From: Marsupella aquatica | Taxonomy: Eukaryota > Plantae > Marchantiophyta | Reading direction: 5' to 3' | Assembly (NCBI GenBank): GCA_973895155.1 | Contig: OZ316899.1 | Span: 7,071,241-7,135,240 of the forward strand | Length of the DNA stretch: 64,000 nucleotides | Shown here: one piece after another, positions 49,216-62,574 of the stretch | Layout of the letters: the number at the start of each line of letters is the position of its first letter | Position numbering within the stretch: position 1 is the stretch's first letter | Position numbers and translations under genes: made by a program | Notes under the pieces: model-generated | The model's database searches: none | What the model was told of the DNA's origin: nothing | What the model saw: the letters and a program-made list of their open reading frames with translations, nothing else

Positions 49216-52200
49216 CTGATATGAGGGCCTAGGCATGAGCAGTGGGTCGGCCTAAGAACAATGGGCAAAGGCACTTCACTTGCAAACGCCTAACTAGGAA
49301 GTTATGGGCGTTGCTAGTTGGTGGCGCCCAGATATGCGGGATATGGTCCAGGTTGAGGACCAAAAGTTTGGGGACCAAAGGTGGCCCGGGGGTGGCAGGT
49401 CTTGTGGTGCGTCCCATGGCTCTCAAAACCCAAGAACCCGCCCTGAACAAGCCAATTCCCACCGGTTTTGCTCTTGCCAAGGCCATTTCCACGGCTTATC
49501 GGCATGGGACGCGGCTAAAACTCCTTTACTAACTTTTTACCCACATGTATTGGACAGATCCTTCATCGGGTCATGAGATATGCAGTTGGTCTAATCTAGG
49601 CCTCTCCTTCCTCTCTTCCCTTGGTCTCCCCTTGGGTATGTTTGGATTCCGCCGCCGGAATGATGCCCAATCGACTTGGGTAGCCGCTAAGATTCCTCTA
49701 AGCTCAACACATCAGGCTCTGCCTGCTCCTGATGACTTCATTTCCTTCTTTTCTCTCCTATAGTTGATGTGGGCAATCTTTGCACAAGTTGATGTGACAC
49801 ACAACTAGAAAGATGACTCATACTAAGTTATACCGTGCAACTGTCATACAAAGAGTACTTCTCATACACAAGATCTGCAAACTAAGCCAGAAGGCCAACT
49901 CTATTAAGCTCTTAGGCATGAGAAAACATGAATACACACAAGAGTCACTACATAACTAACCAAGAGCTTCTCTGACTAATTGATCCCAGCCTTGTTGGTG
50001 CACTAAAAACTTGCTTAAGAAGAAGGCCCCAAAGTCCCCGTTGCACAGGTATTTATCCTGGCAGTGCACCTACCTATTTCCTTGCCGCGTAAGCTAAATC
50101 TACCTCTAAGTGGAATCTACCTATGTATAGTGGGGCAAGAGCACAAGTGGTGCCCTTACCAGTGGATCCGCAATCCCACTAATCTAAATGTTAGGGCCGC
50201 TTCTTGGCCCTAATCCTAATCCTAAATTTGGAGGTCAGCGCCCACTTTGCCCACTCACGTCTCCTACCTCCACGTCCGCCCTCCCTAACAGGGATGACGC
50301 TCCTCCACCGTCATGACGCTGGTGGCTGGCCCTCAATGGACGCCCCCAATCCTTCCTCGACAGCCAATGTAGGCCTCTTGTTCTCTGACAGGTTACCCGC
50401 TCTTGACTGGGTCAACTTATCCTCGGCGTGATCGGGCCCCACTCCTATCTTGGCTTCTGCTTCTCCGGCTTCTACTCCCCAAATTGTAACAGTGGTGAGT
50501 TTGCCCCTGCAGCTTCAACAGCAGTGGTCCTCCTCATAGGCAGTGGTCCTCCTCTTAGGCAGTGGTCCTCCTCATAGGCTCATCCGACGAGTCGGGTTGT
50601 CTCATCCTCCCAAGGTTGCGGGTGATGCCAATCAATGATTGGCAACCTTGAGTCAGTGCCCGCCATGGCCTCACCCAGCTGGTCTTCTTAGTCTACCTCT
50701 AAGACTGCCACTTTGACAGCCACTACCTCGCATAAGGCTGGTGCCATGCTTCTACCGAGGAGCCACGGTGGCCTAAGGAACCGTGTTGCTCCCTTACCCC
50801 AAAGGTTTTTGCTTCTTCTTGTCCTTCCCTTCCATGGTAGTCGGTGCCTTCCCCTTGCCACTTACTTTTGGCAAGGGTGAGGGTACCTTGGCTTGTCTCT
50901 TGGTCAGGACCACGCCCTACAACCTTGTTGCCACCATCGGGGGTCCACTTGTTGCTGCCTATCGATTTAATTAACTCCTCAGACAGTTTCTTCAGCCGCT
51001 TTGTTTGGTTGTCCGCTCGCCTCTGCAAGTTCTCTAATTTCTGTGTGGCATCCTCCAACTCCTCATGGGTCTCGTCTAAATCCCCGCGAGCTTCCTCCAA
51101 CTCCTTTAGGTTGTTGTCCAACTCCTTCCGTAAGGCCGCCCTCTCCTCCTGGGTTGCTCTTAGCTCTGCGTTGAGCTCATGCACGACTTCAAACTCTATC
51201 TTATTCATCTTCTCGTAGGTTTGGTTGAGCATGTCATCCTTCTTATGCATGTTGGCTTGAAAGTTGGCCGACAGGGTTTTGCAGTCCTCCTTCAACTTAT
51301 CGACGCTTTTGTAGGCCTCATCCAAGTCGTCCTTTTTATTATGGAAGGCCCTATGGAATTCTTTGATCTCCTCCTTCAGTGCCGCTCCTTCCTCAGCACC
51401 TTGGTCATGGCTTTGTTGACGACCGTTAGGTGAGCAGCCTCTGCATCTTTAAGCTCTTGCTTCCACTTCTCCTTCTCCTTGAGAGCCTCGGCCAAATGCC
51501 CTTGGGTCTAGGCAACTTTATTCTTGATTAACTGGTTATCAGCCTTGGCCGTATCCAGTTGCCCCTGCATGATGTTTATCTCATGCATCCTAACCCGCAG
51601 CTTGTCTTGAGCCTGTTTGGCTGCTTTTGGATCTCCAGTCTTGGCTTCCTTCTCTCTAAGCCGCCAGATGACCTCCTCTTTCTTCATCCTCTCCAAGGCT
51701 AGTGCCTCCTCCCACCGGCTCTTCTCCAACCTCTCCCTATGGAGGAAGGGCCCCATCTCTAACTCCTTGCCAAAGATGTTGAGGGCAAGTAACCCGCACA
51801 TCCTCTCGTACTCCAGGGCTCTAGAACGTGCATAGATGGAGTGGTTAGGAGATGCCAACATCTCCCAACGCAGCCTTTGTTCCCAAGTCATCCTCCAAAT
51901 CTTGTCAAACGTGGGCAAGGGCCCGACTTGGTCCTCTACAAGCCGCCAAATGTCCTTTGGCCATCCTTCGCCTGGCAAATCCTTCTCCTTGGCCAAGGTT
52001 GCCCTCTCCAGATCTTGGAGTTGCTCTTGCAACTCTTGGTCAGCCTGTTTTCTCCCATCGTAATTTGGAGGAGGGACGTCTGGTGGGGGAGACTCCGGGC
52101 TTCTCTGCTGTTTTGGGTCCCCACGCACCACTCTTGGAAGTGTGGGAATGAAACGGCCATAGGTCCGCACCCCTGGTACCAAATGATCTGACCCGTAGCT

Positions 52201-54158
52201 AAAGCGTCCTTGTTATATTCCTCCATGCCCTCCCTTCCGGCCTAGAGTACTGGTGCTTGCGGATCCTCTCTTGGGCTAGCCGCAAAAGCGGCATCCTGTT
52301 GGGAACTGTGCATGTGTGCGGTTCTCTCCTCTGGCTCCCACACCTGCCTTCCTCTCTCCTCATCATGACTACAAACCCTGGGCCCTTGTCCCTCGGGTTC
52401 TGGTCTTGAGGCTCCCACGCACATCCGCACCCCTGGCTCGTCTGCTGGCATCCTTCTCTTTGCGCCCTCGGCAAACGGATCTGCTGTGGTGGGTCTTCCG
52501 GTTCCTCCCTCCTCAACCATGCCCTATACCGGTGCCCTTATTGTCATTGCCATCTTCTCCTTCTGGAACATCTGCAGCAGGCTCTACATGGTCGGTTGCT
52601 GCATTGGCATGGATTCCGGCATTGGACTAAAGATCTGTGATATTGTGGAGCTGCCGGGCGGTTTGGGCTTCCTTGTTGCCGGCCTTGGCTCTAGCTCCTC
52701 CTTTGGTGCCCTTGCCTGCAGGGGGAGTATGGGCGCAAAGATCTGTCTCCGGGCATACCGGCACAACAACGGCATGTGATAACCAAGCCAAGCCACACTC
52801 CCCTGACCTGCCACTTGTTGTTCTTCCTTCAAGATCTTCTTTAGTTGGGCAAGGAGGTATCCATTGTAGTCCCAGCTTGGGGCTAGGTAAACCTGTGCCT
52901 TGCCGATCTCCAGTCTTGGCAGGTTACAATGCATTGTCACTCGCAAGAAATCATTCATTTCTCCAATGTGCGGGTTGGTGCAGGTGCTTTGGAAGAAGCC
53001 ATTCTTTGTTGATGGCTTGGGGAATGATCTAAACTCCCTGTCCAACAAGTTCTTTTGGGTGTCTACCTTGGCCTTGTTGCCCATTGGCAAGCCAAACACT
53101 TTGGCAATCACCTTGGGGGTGAGATAGAAGTCCCTCCCATAGATCTTGGTTGAGTTGGACTCGTGGTCCCATGATCCCACGAATTCCAACAAGTCTGATT
53201 TTGGCACCTCCGGTTTCAGCCACGACAATCTAACAATGGCCTCCAAGCCCAACCCGGCCATGAAGCCTTGGTATTTGTGGTACGTCCCATGGCTCCCTAA
53301 ACCCAAGAAACCCCTTTGCACAAGCCGATTCCCGCAAGTTTCGCTCTTGGCGAGGCCGATTTTGCGGCTTAGCGGCATGGGACGCTGCTAACTTCCTTCT
53401 ACTACTATTTAACATTTAACTCACATATACTGGACAGATCCTTCATCGGGTCATGAGATACATAGCCGGCCTATTCTAGGCCTTCCCTTGTCCTCCTCTC
53501 TCGATTTCCCTTTAGGTATGTTTGGATTCCGCCGCCGGAATGATCCCCAACTGGCTTGGGTAAGCCGCTAAGACCTCTCTCAGCTCGACACATCCAACTC
53601 TTACTACCTTGCTTACTCCCTTCTTGGTTGATGTGGGCAATCTTCAAACAAGTTAATGCGACACACAAATAGCAAAATGACTCCTTCTGACTGAGTTATA
53701 TCATGCACTTGCCATACAAACAGTACTTCTCATATACAAGATCTGCGAACTAAGCCGTGAGGCCAACTCTATTCATCTCTTAGGTATGAGGAAACATGAA
53801 TATACACAAGGGTCATAGTATAACTAACCGAGAGCTTCTTTAACTACTTGATCCCAGCCCTGCTGGTGCACTAAAAACTTGCTAAGGAAGAAGGCCCGCA
53901 ACTCCCCGCTGCCCAGGTACTTATCCTGGTAGTGGATCCGCCTAATTCCTTGTAGCATAAGCCTAATCTACCTATGTACAGCGAGGCAGGAGCACAAGTG
54001 TTGCTCTTACCAGTGGATCCGCAATCCCACTAAGCTAAGTGTCAGGGCCGCCTCTTGGTCCTGATCCTAATTCTAAACTTGGAGATCTGGGCCCGCCCTG
54101 CCCACTCACGCCTCCCTCCACGTCCGCCCTCCTTAAAAGGAGCGGCCCTCCACCACCG

Positions 54159-57100
54159 TCATGGCAACGGTGTCTGGTCCTCAATGGACGCCCCCAACAC
54201 TTCCTCCGCAACCACTACCGTAGGTACGTCCTCTGACAGATTACCTGCTCCGGACCGAGTTAACTCTCCATCGGCCTAACTGGGTCCACCCTCGGCTTCG
54301 GCCTCAGCATCGGCCACGGCCTCCCCGACATGTTCTAGTGGTGGATCCGGTACCCTGGCTTCATCACCGAGTATCCTGGCCTTGGCTTTGCCATCCCCGC
54401 CTTCTAGGGCAGTTGGATCCTCTGTCGTGACCCTGCCTGAGGTTGGTGTTGGGTTTACCTCCTTGGTCACAACGGCTTGAGGAGCCGTATTACTCCCTGA
54501 CCCAGAAGGTTTCTGCTTCTTCTTCTTCTTTGGTTCGGCAGCTGGCCCCTTCCCCTTGCCACTTACCTTCGGCACCGGTGCGAGTGTCTCGGCTTGTCCT
54601 TTGGCCAGTACTACTCCTGGTAACTTGGTTGCCCCAATTGGAGTTGGACCTGAGGAAGCCAAGCACTTAAATATTGCGACCTGTTTCTTTAGCCGCTCCA
54701 TTTGGTTGTCGGCTCGCCGCTGTAAGTTTTCCATCTTCCGCGTGCTTTTCTCCAACTCCTCCTGCAATTCATCCAGGTCCTTGCACGCCTCCTCCCGCTC
54801 CTTCTGGGCTTCCTCCAATTCCTCCTTTAAGGTAGCCCTCTCCTCCTGGGTTGCTCTCAGCTCCTTGTTGAGCTCCGTAACGACCTCAGACCCCATTTTA
54901 TTCATCTTGGCATAAGTCTAGTAGAGTTGGTCGTCTTTCTCACGGAGGTCGGCCTTGAAGCTGGCCATCATGGATGCGAGCTCCTGCCGTAGCACGATAA
55001 TCGCCTGATAGGATTTCCCTAACTCGGCCTCCTTCTGCTCAAGGGCTCCGCGGATATCCTCGAGTTCCCCCTTTAGCGCCCTTTCCCTTCTCTGAGTTTC
55101 CGCCATGGCCCGATTGTTGGCTGCTATGTGGGCCTCCTTTGCGTCTCTCAGCTCTCGCTTCCACTTCTCCTTTTCCTTGATCGAATCGGCCAGCTCACCT
55201 TGGGTCCGAGTAAGTTTATCCTTTTTTTTCTTTTTTCTTTTTTTGGATTTTTACATTTATTCCGCGTGAAACCCATGGATGGGGGAACCAGCAGGCCAAA
55301 CGGCATCATAAAACCTCAAACGCCCAAAGGAGGCAATAACAAAGAGTTACTCAACCAGGGTCACCAGATCAGGCAAAGATTATGAAGCCGTTCTACTAGT
55401 GTTCCATGCAGCAAGTAATAGCTAGGGGATAAGCACTAAAAGGCGCAGTAGGTCAGCAGAGTAAAAGTGTAAAGTGTCAAACCATTGTCTAGTACTGAAT
55501 TAATCCACCTAATTAGTAAGAAGAGGGTGTATACTGTAGCGGGAGAAGGAAAAAAACCAACGGCATGAACTGTAAGGGCCACCAAGAGTGGTGCAGCCAT
55601 AAGCTATAGGGATTGAAAACAGTGCGGGAGGTAGTGGCATTGTGTATGAGGAAATCACGGGAGTAACGGTGTCAAAAGAGAAGACAAAACTCCCAGATAG
55701 CCACATAGTATAAATCAATCTCTCACAAGGCCGCCATCAATGGAGGAAAAAATCCGACGCGACCCACGTCTGAGAGTGTGAATGCGCTCGATCTCCAACA
55801 GTTCTTTGGCACTCGATAGACACCGGTGCTTGCGGCTCAAAGATGAAGGAGAAAGCATGGAAGCAGCCGCAGCGACATCAATTAGGTGGTCCAGGGTCTC
55901 CAAAATAATCAGCATCTGATCAAAAATCCTATGTCTAGTCCGGTCAAAAGTCTGAGCATTCCTAGCCAACCAAATGTTCCACAAAATCTGATAGGTAGTG
56001 TAGATCCGAAGGGAGTGAATAGGTAATTTTCCCACAGCAGACTTGATAAGGCCAATCAGGGATGGCGTTCCATTGCAGAGTGCACCATGCATCCACCCGT
56101 GAGCATCAGTCCAACACCTACTGGCGTGCCTGCATGAGAAGAAAATATGTGAGATAGACTCAAGGAGTCCCACACAAAGCACACAACAACCATCAGATTT
56201 TCCAATTCTTAGAGCCCTAGAGCCAGAAAACAGACCCTGTGCAAGAATACGCCATAGAAAGACTTTCGCTCGGGTAGAAAGATCAGATGTCCACACAGCC
56301 CTCCACACTTCATTCCATTCTCCATCTATGAGGGCCTCCGCCCAGATCCGGTTCAGACGAGCAGAATCAGTGCCTTTTGGGCGCAAAAACTCATAGGCTC
56401 GAACATTTGTTAATCCAAAGCGATTAGTTCCAACCGCCTGGTCCAGGCAAAGCCATTGTCGTGCAAGAGGCAAGGTTCCAATGCCGCCAAAGGGAGTTCC
56501 ACGAATTACTCCCGTCAAAGAGAGACATAGAACCCTGCAAGGAGATGTAAGGCCTCTCAACCGTTGTAGTCGTGATTCAACATTCATCCATGTGCCATCA
56601 GTAGCAGACCAGAAATCCCCGATTTTCCTTATGCCAAGTTTACCAAACGTTCTGGTTAACTCCATAATCACAGAATCAGGTAGCTCATAGAATCCCTATA
56701 AGCAGCGGATAGCATCTTCAAATCCCCAATGGCCAGGGATAGGGTCATAAGTATTAGGGTAGAAGATCAAGTGTTCTCTCAACTGTTCCCAGGCACTCCA
56801 CAATTGGCTAGTATATGACAATCTCCCAAAGCTATGAGGGGTGCTAAGAAGCATCTTGTCAGTCAAGGAGTACACATTCCTGCGGACAATCTTGTAATTT
56901 TGCCATTTCGTCAATCGAAGATTTTCAGAGAGCATGCAAGCCCATTCAGAGTCGGGGCAATCCAAAGCCCCGGTGAACCATTTACTCAAAAGTGCGTCCA
57001 AGTGACTTTTGAGATCCTTCAATCCGAGACCACCATCCAGCTTGGGCCGAGTCATCTTGTCCCAAGCCACAAGAGGGATTCGTTTCCCCCCCAACGGGTT

Positions 57101-60100
57101 GGAGCCCCACAGAAAAATCCTGTTTAAAGCAATCAACTTTTTAGTCAAGGTAATAGGTGAAAGTAGAAACATCATGTGATAAACCGGTATGGCCTGAAGC
57201 ACGTGCTTGATTAACAACAGGCGGCCTGTGAAAGAAAGGAAGCGAGTAGACCAGGATGCAAGTCATGCACTGATCCGATCCAAGCAGAAGCAATGCAGTT
57301 GCTTCTCAGAAAGATTAGAACCAAAAGGGGCACCTATGTATTTTTGCACAGTGCCTGCAGCGCTAATTGTACACCCCGTTTCGTGTAGCCAGTCAGGGAT
57401 CTCATCAATAGCCAAAGGTATAATGATAGATTTGCCCAGGTGGAGTTTAGCTCCAGTTGCACAATCATTCGTAGCAAGTGATAGTGTTTCTAGCCTGTGT
57501 AAAAGCAATCTTCGTGGCAGGAATGAAAAGGCCTAGATCATCGGCAAAAAGTCTAAAGCAAATAGTTAAAGAGGAAGAGATTTGTAGTCCTTGGAGTCGA
57601 CCAGCTGCAATTTCCGCATGGCAAAAGTCCATCAATGGCTGGGTGGAGATAGCAAACAGAAGAGGAGAAAGGGGACAGCCTTGGCAAACTCCCCTGCACA
57701 TCTTAATATCATCAGTCCAAAGTCCGTTGACCAGAACTTTAGAAAAGGAATTACTTAGCAGAGATCGAACTAAGAATATGTAATGTGAGCTCAGGCCCAA
57801 AAGATTCATAGTTTCCCAGATATAGAGATGATCGACCCTGTCAAAAGCTTTCTCAAAGTCAAGCTGCAAAAAGAGAGACGGAGTCTGCGTGGATTCAATC
57901 CAGTCGTGTGTCAACCACGTTAGTGAGATATTTTCCAGTATATGACGTCCAGGAATGAAGCCTGTTTGCTGCGGACTAATCATACGGGGCAGCAGCACCT
58001 TCAATCGCAGGGCAAGTAGCTTCGCCAAAATCTTGTATGTGGTTGTTAGCATAGTTAGCGGCCTCCAGTCGCACAAACGACGCTTGTCAGTCTTCTTGGG
58101 GATAAAACGGATCACGCCATCTTTGATCCCATAGGAAATGTGGCCAGTTCTCCAAAAGTCGTAGATCATATCATATAGGTCAACTTTCACAAAATCCCAG
58201 CAAGGACGTAGAACTTTAGCAGTCATACCATCTATCCCTGGTGCTTTATCATTAGGTAGCAATAGTAGGGTATCATGTACCTCCTTAATAGTGGGTAAAG
58301 CTTCCAATTGGTGGTTCTCAGCGGCAGAGGGGCAAAAATGAGTGTGCTCACAGAGTTTTTGTCTAGCAGCACGCATCGCCAAAAGCTCCTCAACATTGAG
58401 TTCCTGCGGAGAATACAGCGCCTCACAGAAATTTTGAACCTCCTTGATGATCAGATTTTTGTCATGAATCTCTGAACCATCATCTCCAATTAGGTACTCC
58501 ATAGTCTCTCTCAGACGTTTTGCTTTGACCAAAGAGAAGTAGAACTTGGAAGGTTCTTCACCCTGGCCAAGCCAGTTGATCCGGGACAGCTGCCGGTAGT
58601 GATGTGCATTCTCAAGTTCCATTTTGCGAACACTGTTATCAGTATAGGCAAATTCCTGCAGATCATTTGGAGCATGCTCGTCCATGATAGAGATTTTGAG
58701 GAGGCAAAGTTTGTTCCTGAGGATTGCCAGCTCCTCCTCCCGGGGTACCGGCAAAGATTGCAGCTCCATAAAGCACTTCCAAAATCTTTGGAATGCGTTG
58801 GCAAAGCGTAAATGAGGATCCGCAGAGGGCACATCATCACCCCGCCAGGCAGCCTCTAAAAGATTCAGGTTCTCTGCCTTCCGAAGAACAGAGGGCTTTA
58901 AATAAGTAGCTCTCTTATCCTTGATAATCTGATTATCAGACTGTGCGGTATCCAATTGCCCTTGCATGATGTTGAGCTCATGCCGCTTATTCCGCAGCTC
59001 ATCTTGGGCTTTCTTGGCCGCCTTAAGGTCTTCTACCTTGGCTTCCCTTGCCCTAAGCCGACGGATGACCTCGTCCTTCTTGCTTCTCTCCAAAGCCACC
59101 GCTTCTTCTAATCGACGCTTCTCCAACATTTCCCTCTGGAAAAAAGGTCCCTGCTCCAACTCCTCTCCAAAGATGCCAAGCGCAAGTTCCCCACACATCT
59201 CCCCGTACTCCATGGCTTGTTCTTTAGCATAGGCGGAGTGAGTAGAAGTCATCGACATCATCCACCGCGGCCTTTGTTCCCAAGCCGCCTTGCCAATTTC
59301 TTCTATCGTGGCTGGTGGGCTGCTTTGTTTTTCTGCAAGCCGCCTGATGTCCTTTGGTCATTCTCCTCCTGGTAAATCCTTCTCCCTAGCCAGGGCTGCC
59401 TCTTCTTCCTCCCTGAGTCGTTCCTGAAACTCCTATGCCGTCTGTTTTATGCCGTCAAAGCTCGGGGGAGCGACATCTGGTGGGGGAGACTCGGGGCTGC
59501 TCTGCTGGGTCGGGTCCCCTCGAACTACTCTTGGAAGAGTGGGGATGAACCTGCCACAGGTCCTTATTCCTGGAACATGATGGTCCGACCCGTAGCCGGA
59601 GTCATCATTGTCGTAGCCTTCTACCGTCTCCTCCTCGGCTTGGACTACCGGTTCCCACCGCTGCTGTCCTGGTCTTGCCGTGAACACGGCCTCACAGATC
59701 ACGGGTCCTAGTTCCTCCGGCTTCCACGTTGATCTCATCTTCTCCCTGTCGCGACTAGGAGCTTTGAGCTGCTTTTCCTCGGCTTCGGGACTTGAAGCTC
59801 CTACATACATTCGGACTCCCGGCTCGTGTTCCGGCCTCCTTCTCTCCTTGACCCCTGTAAAGGGGTTTTCCCTGGTAAGTTGGCTAAGGCCGACTTTGGG
59901 AGTAGTATTCTGTACCGGTCCCGTTGCCGTTGCCGTTCTCCTTTCCTTCTCCAGCAATTTCAGCAGAGTCTGCAAGCCTGGTTGCTGCATCAGCAAGTCC
60001 TCCTTCCTCGGCCTAAACACCTGCTCAATTGTAGGATTGTCGGACTGGGTCGGTTTCTCTGTTGTCGGCCTCGGTTCCGGAACCTCCTCTGGTGCTCTTG

Positions 60101-61403
60101 CCTGCAGAGGCAGTACCGGGGCGAATATCTGACTTCGGGCATACCGGCACAACAGCGGCATATGATAACCAAGCCGGGACACGCTTCCCATGTCGATCAC
60201 CAGCTGTTCCTCCTTCAAGATCTTCTTTAGTTGGGTGAGGAGGTACCCGTTGTAGTCTCGGCTTGGGTCTGGCCTCTCCGCCAGATAGACCTGTGCCTTG
60301 CCGATCTCTGCCCTCGGCAAGTTACAATGCATGGTTACCCGCAAGAAATCGATCATTTCTCCTATGTGCGGGTTGGTGTAGGTGTTTTGGAAGAAGCCAT
60401 TCTTTGTTGATGGCCCTGGAAACGCCCGGAACTCCCTGTCTAGCAAGGTCTTCCTGGTATCTACTTTGGTCTTATTGCCCATCGGCAAGCCAAACACTTC
60501 GGCAATCACCCGGGGAGTGAGATAGAAATCCTTCCCATACACCCTTGTGGAATTGGTCTCGGGCTCCCATGATCCCACGAATTCTAGTAAGTCTGAATCC
60601 GGCACCTCCGGCTTTAGCCATGGTAGCTTTACGAAGGCTTCCAAGCCGGATCCGGCCATGAAACCTTGGTATTTCCGAGTCTGCATAGCCGTAAAGCATG
60701 CATCCTCCTCCCGTGCAAAGTGTAATTGCACCTCCTTGAGGAGGGTCGCCGCCTAGCCTTTCCAGGTGTCATCTCTTGTTGGAACGGCATTGACGGGGTC
60801 GACCTCTTCCTCTTCGGCTTCCGCCTGCCTCCTACTTCCCTGCTCTGCTGGTTTTTTGGGTGCCACCGACCTCGTTCTTTTTGCAGGGGTGGCTTCTTCG
60901 TTGTTGTTCCCTTTCCTCTTCATAGCGACTGCCGTGGATGTTTCTCCTAGCACGGTTGCCTTCATCCACCCCTCCGTGCTACCCTTCAACTCCCAGTGTA
61001 TGTCGTTGCAGCGGTTGATGGCCTCCCGGATGCTGACTATTCTATTCTCACAAAATAGAAGATTGTCAAGTTCGTCGGCACTAGGCGTCCACAAGAATTC
61101 AGCCGTAATGAGTTCTCCTCCTAAGAAAGCAGACTTCTGCAGCTCCCACAACCGAGCGAGCTCCTGCCGTTCTCGAGCCGCTCTCTCCGATTCTTTGTCC
61201 TCGTAGGTCCCAATGTACTCAGTTGCCCGTTCTAACAGGCATCCCCAAGAATGAGCAGCTTGATTGACGTTGCTCATACCCTTCTTGAGTTGATTGTCGG
61301 TATCTGCTTCCACCCCGAGTTGATTGTCGGTATCTACGCACCCTAACCCTAATTGTGTTCCCTCCCCTGACGTCCTTACTTTTGGCCTCGGCTCGGGTTC
61401 CAT
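54159..61403 (-). pseudogene. Family X inner ORF, duplicate
   Basis: Duplicate of 16886..24130. Confidence 0.85.
55224..58914 (-). mobile_element. LINE-b, duplicate (ORF2 remnant 55715..58914)
   Basis: Duplicate of 17951..21641. Confidence 0.9.
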
Positions 61404-62574
61404 AGTCACCCTTAATTGTTTATATTTCCCTATTTTTGTTACTATACTAAGGTGTTTCCTAGGGTACACTCCTGATTTTACTATTTAAACTGGCCTAATG
61501 ATTCATGGCTAGGCATCACAGTATTTTTGGTCTGCATGGCTATAAAACATGCATCTTCATCCCATGCAAAATATAACTGCACTGCCAGTGGTAGGACCGC
61601 CGCCCACCCCTTCCATGTATCAGCTCTATTGGGGATGGCATTGACTAGGTTGACCTCTTGTTCTGCGGCTTCCTCCTACCTTTGTCTCCCTTGCTTGGCT
61701 GGCTTTCTTGATGCTTCCGACCTCGTTCTTTTGGTCGGTGTGATTTTTTTGTTGTTGGCCATCTTCCTTTTCCTTTCGGCCGCTCCTGACAACTCGGCCA
61801 GGATTGTTGCTTTTGTCCACGCCTCCGTGCAACCCTTCAGGTCCCAGATTGTTGTTGCAGTTGTTGATGGCCTACTGAATGCCAATGATTCTATTCTCTC
61901 AAAATAGAAGATTGTCAAGCTCATCGGCAATAGGCGTCCACAAGAATTCAGCCTTGATGATCTCTCCTCCTAGGAAGGCAAACTTTTGCAATTCCCACAG
62001 CCAAGCAAGCTCCTATCATTCTCAAGCTGCTCTTTCCGACTCTTCCTCCTCATAGGTCCCAATGTACCCACTTGCCATTTGAATAGGCATCCCCAAAAAT
62101 GTGCAACTTGATTGACATTGCTCATTCCCTCCTTATGTTGTTGCTGGGTGTCTACTTCCGCCTGCCGTGTTCACCTTTGCAACTGACAGTCGTTGGCTTC
62201 TCCTTGCAATTTGTTTGATCAATGTGCGTGAATGAGCCGTCACTCTTGGTGAACCTCCCTTACCCCCCTCCGGCCTGCCCCTGCCTGACTTGGTCGCTGA
62301 TTACCTGCAACCACCAATACTTAGCGTACCCAAACCCTAATCATGCCCCTTAGTGGTCCTTGCACCTATTACTCCCGGCCTTGGCTCGGGTTTCATGGAT
62401 ATCCTTAATTGTTTACATTTTCTTGTAAGGGTTTTTGTGTATACCACCCAACTTTACTATTTTACAAGCCCTAGTGATTCCTGGCTAGGCATCACAGGTC
62501 TCCAGGAGCATATATGAGGGGAGTGGTGTCTCCATGGGGGCTAAGGACGAGCCAAAGTTGTGAGTTGCGGTGGT

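Larger units (their letters stand above)
53276..61520 (-). mobile_element. Family X inner copy, duplicate
   Basis: Duplicate of 16003..24247. Confidence 0.87.
50311..62396 (-). pseudogene. Family X outer ORF, duplicate
   Basis: Duplicate of 13038..25123. Confidence 0.8.
49403..62496 (-). mobile_element. Family X outer copy, duplicate
   Basis: Duplicate of 12130..25223. Confidence 0.85.
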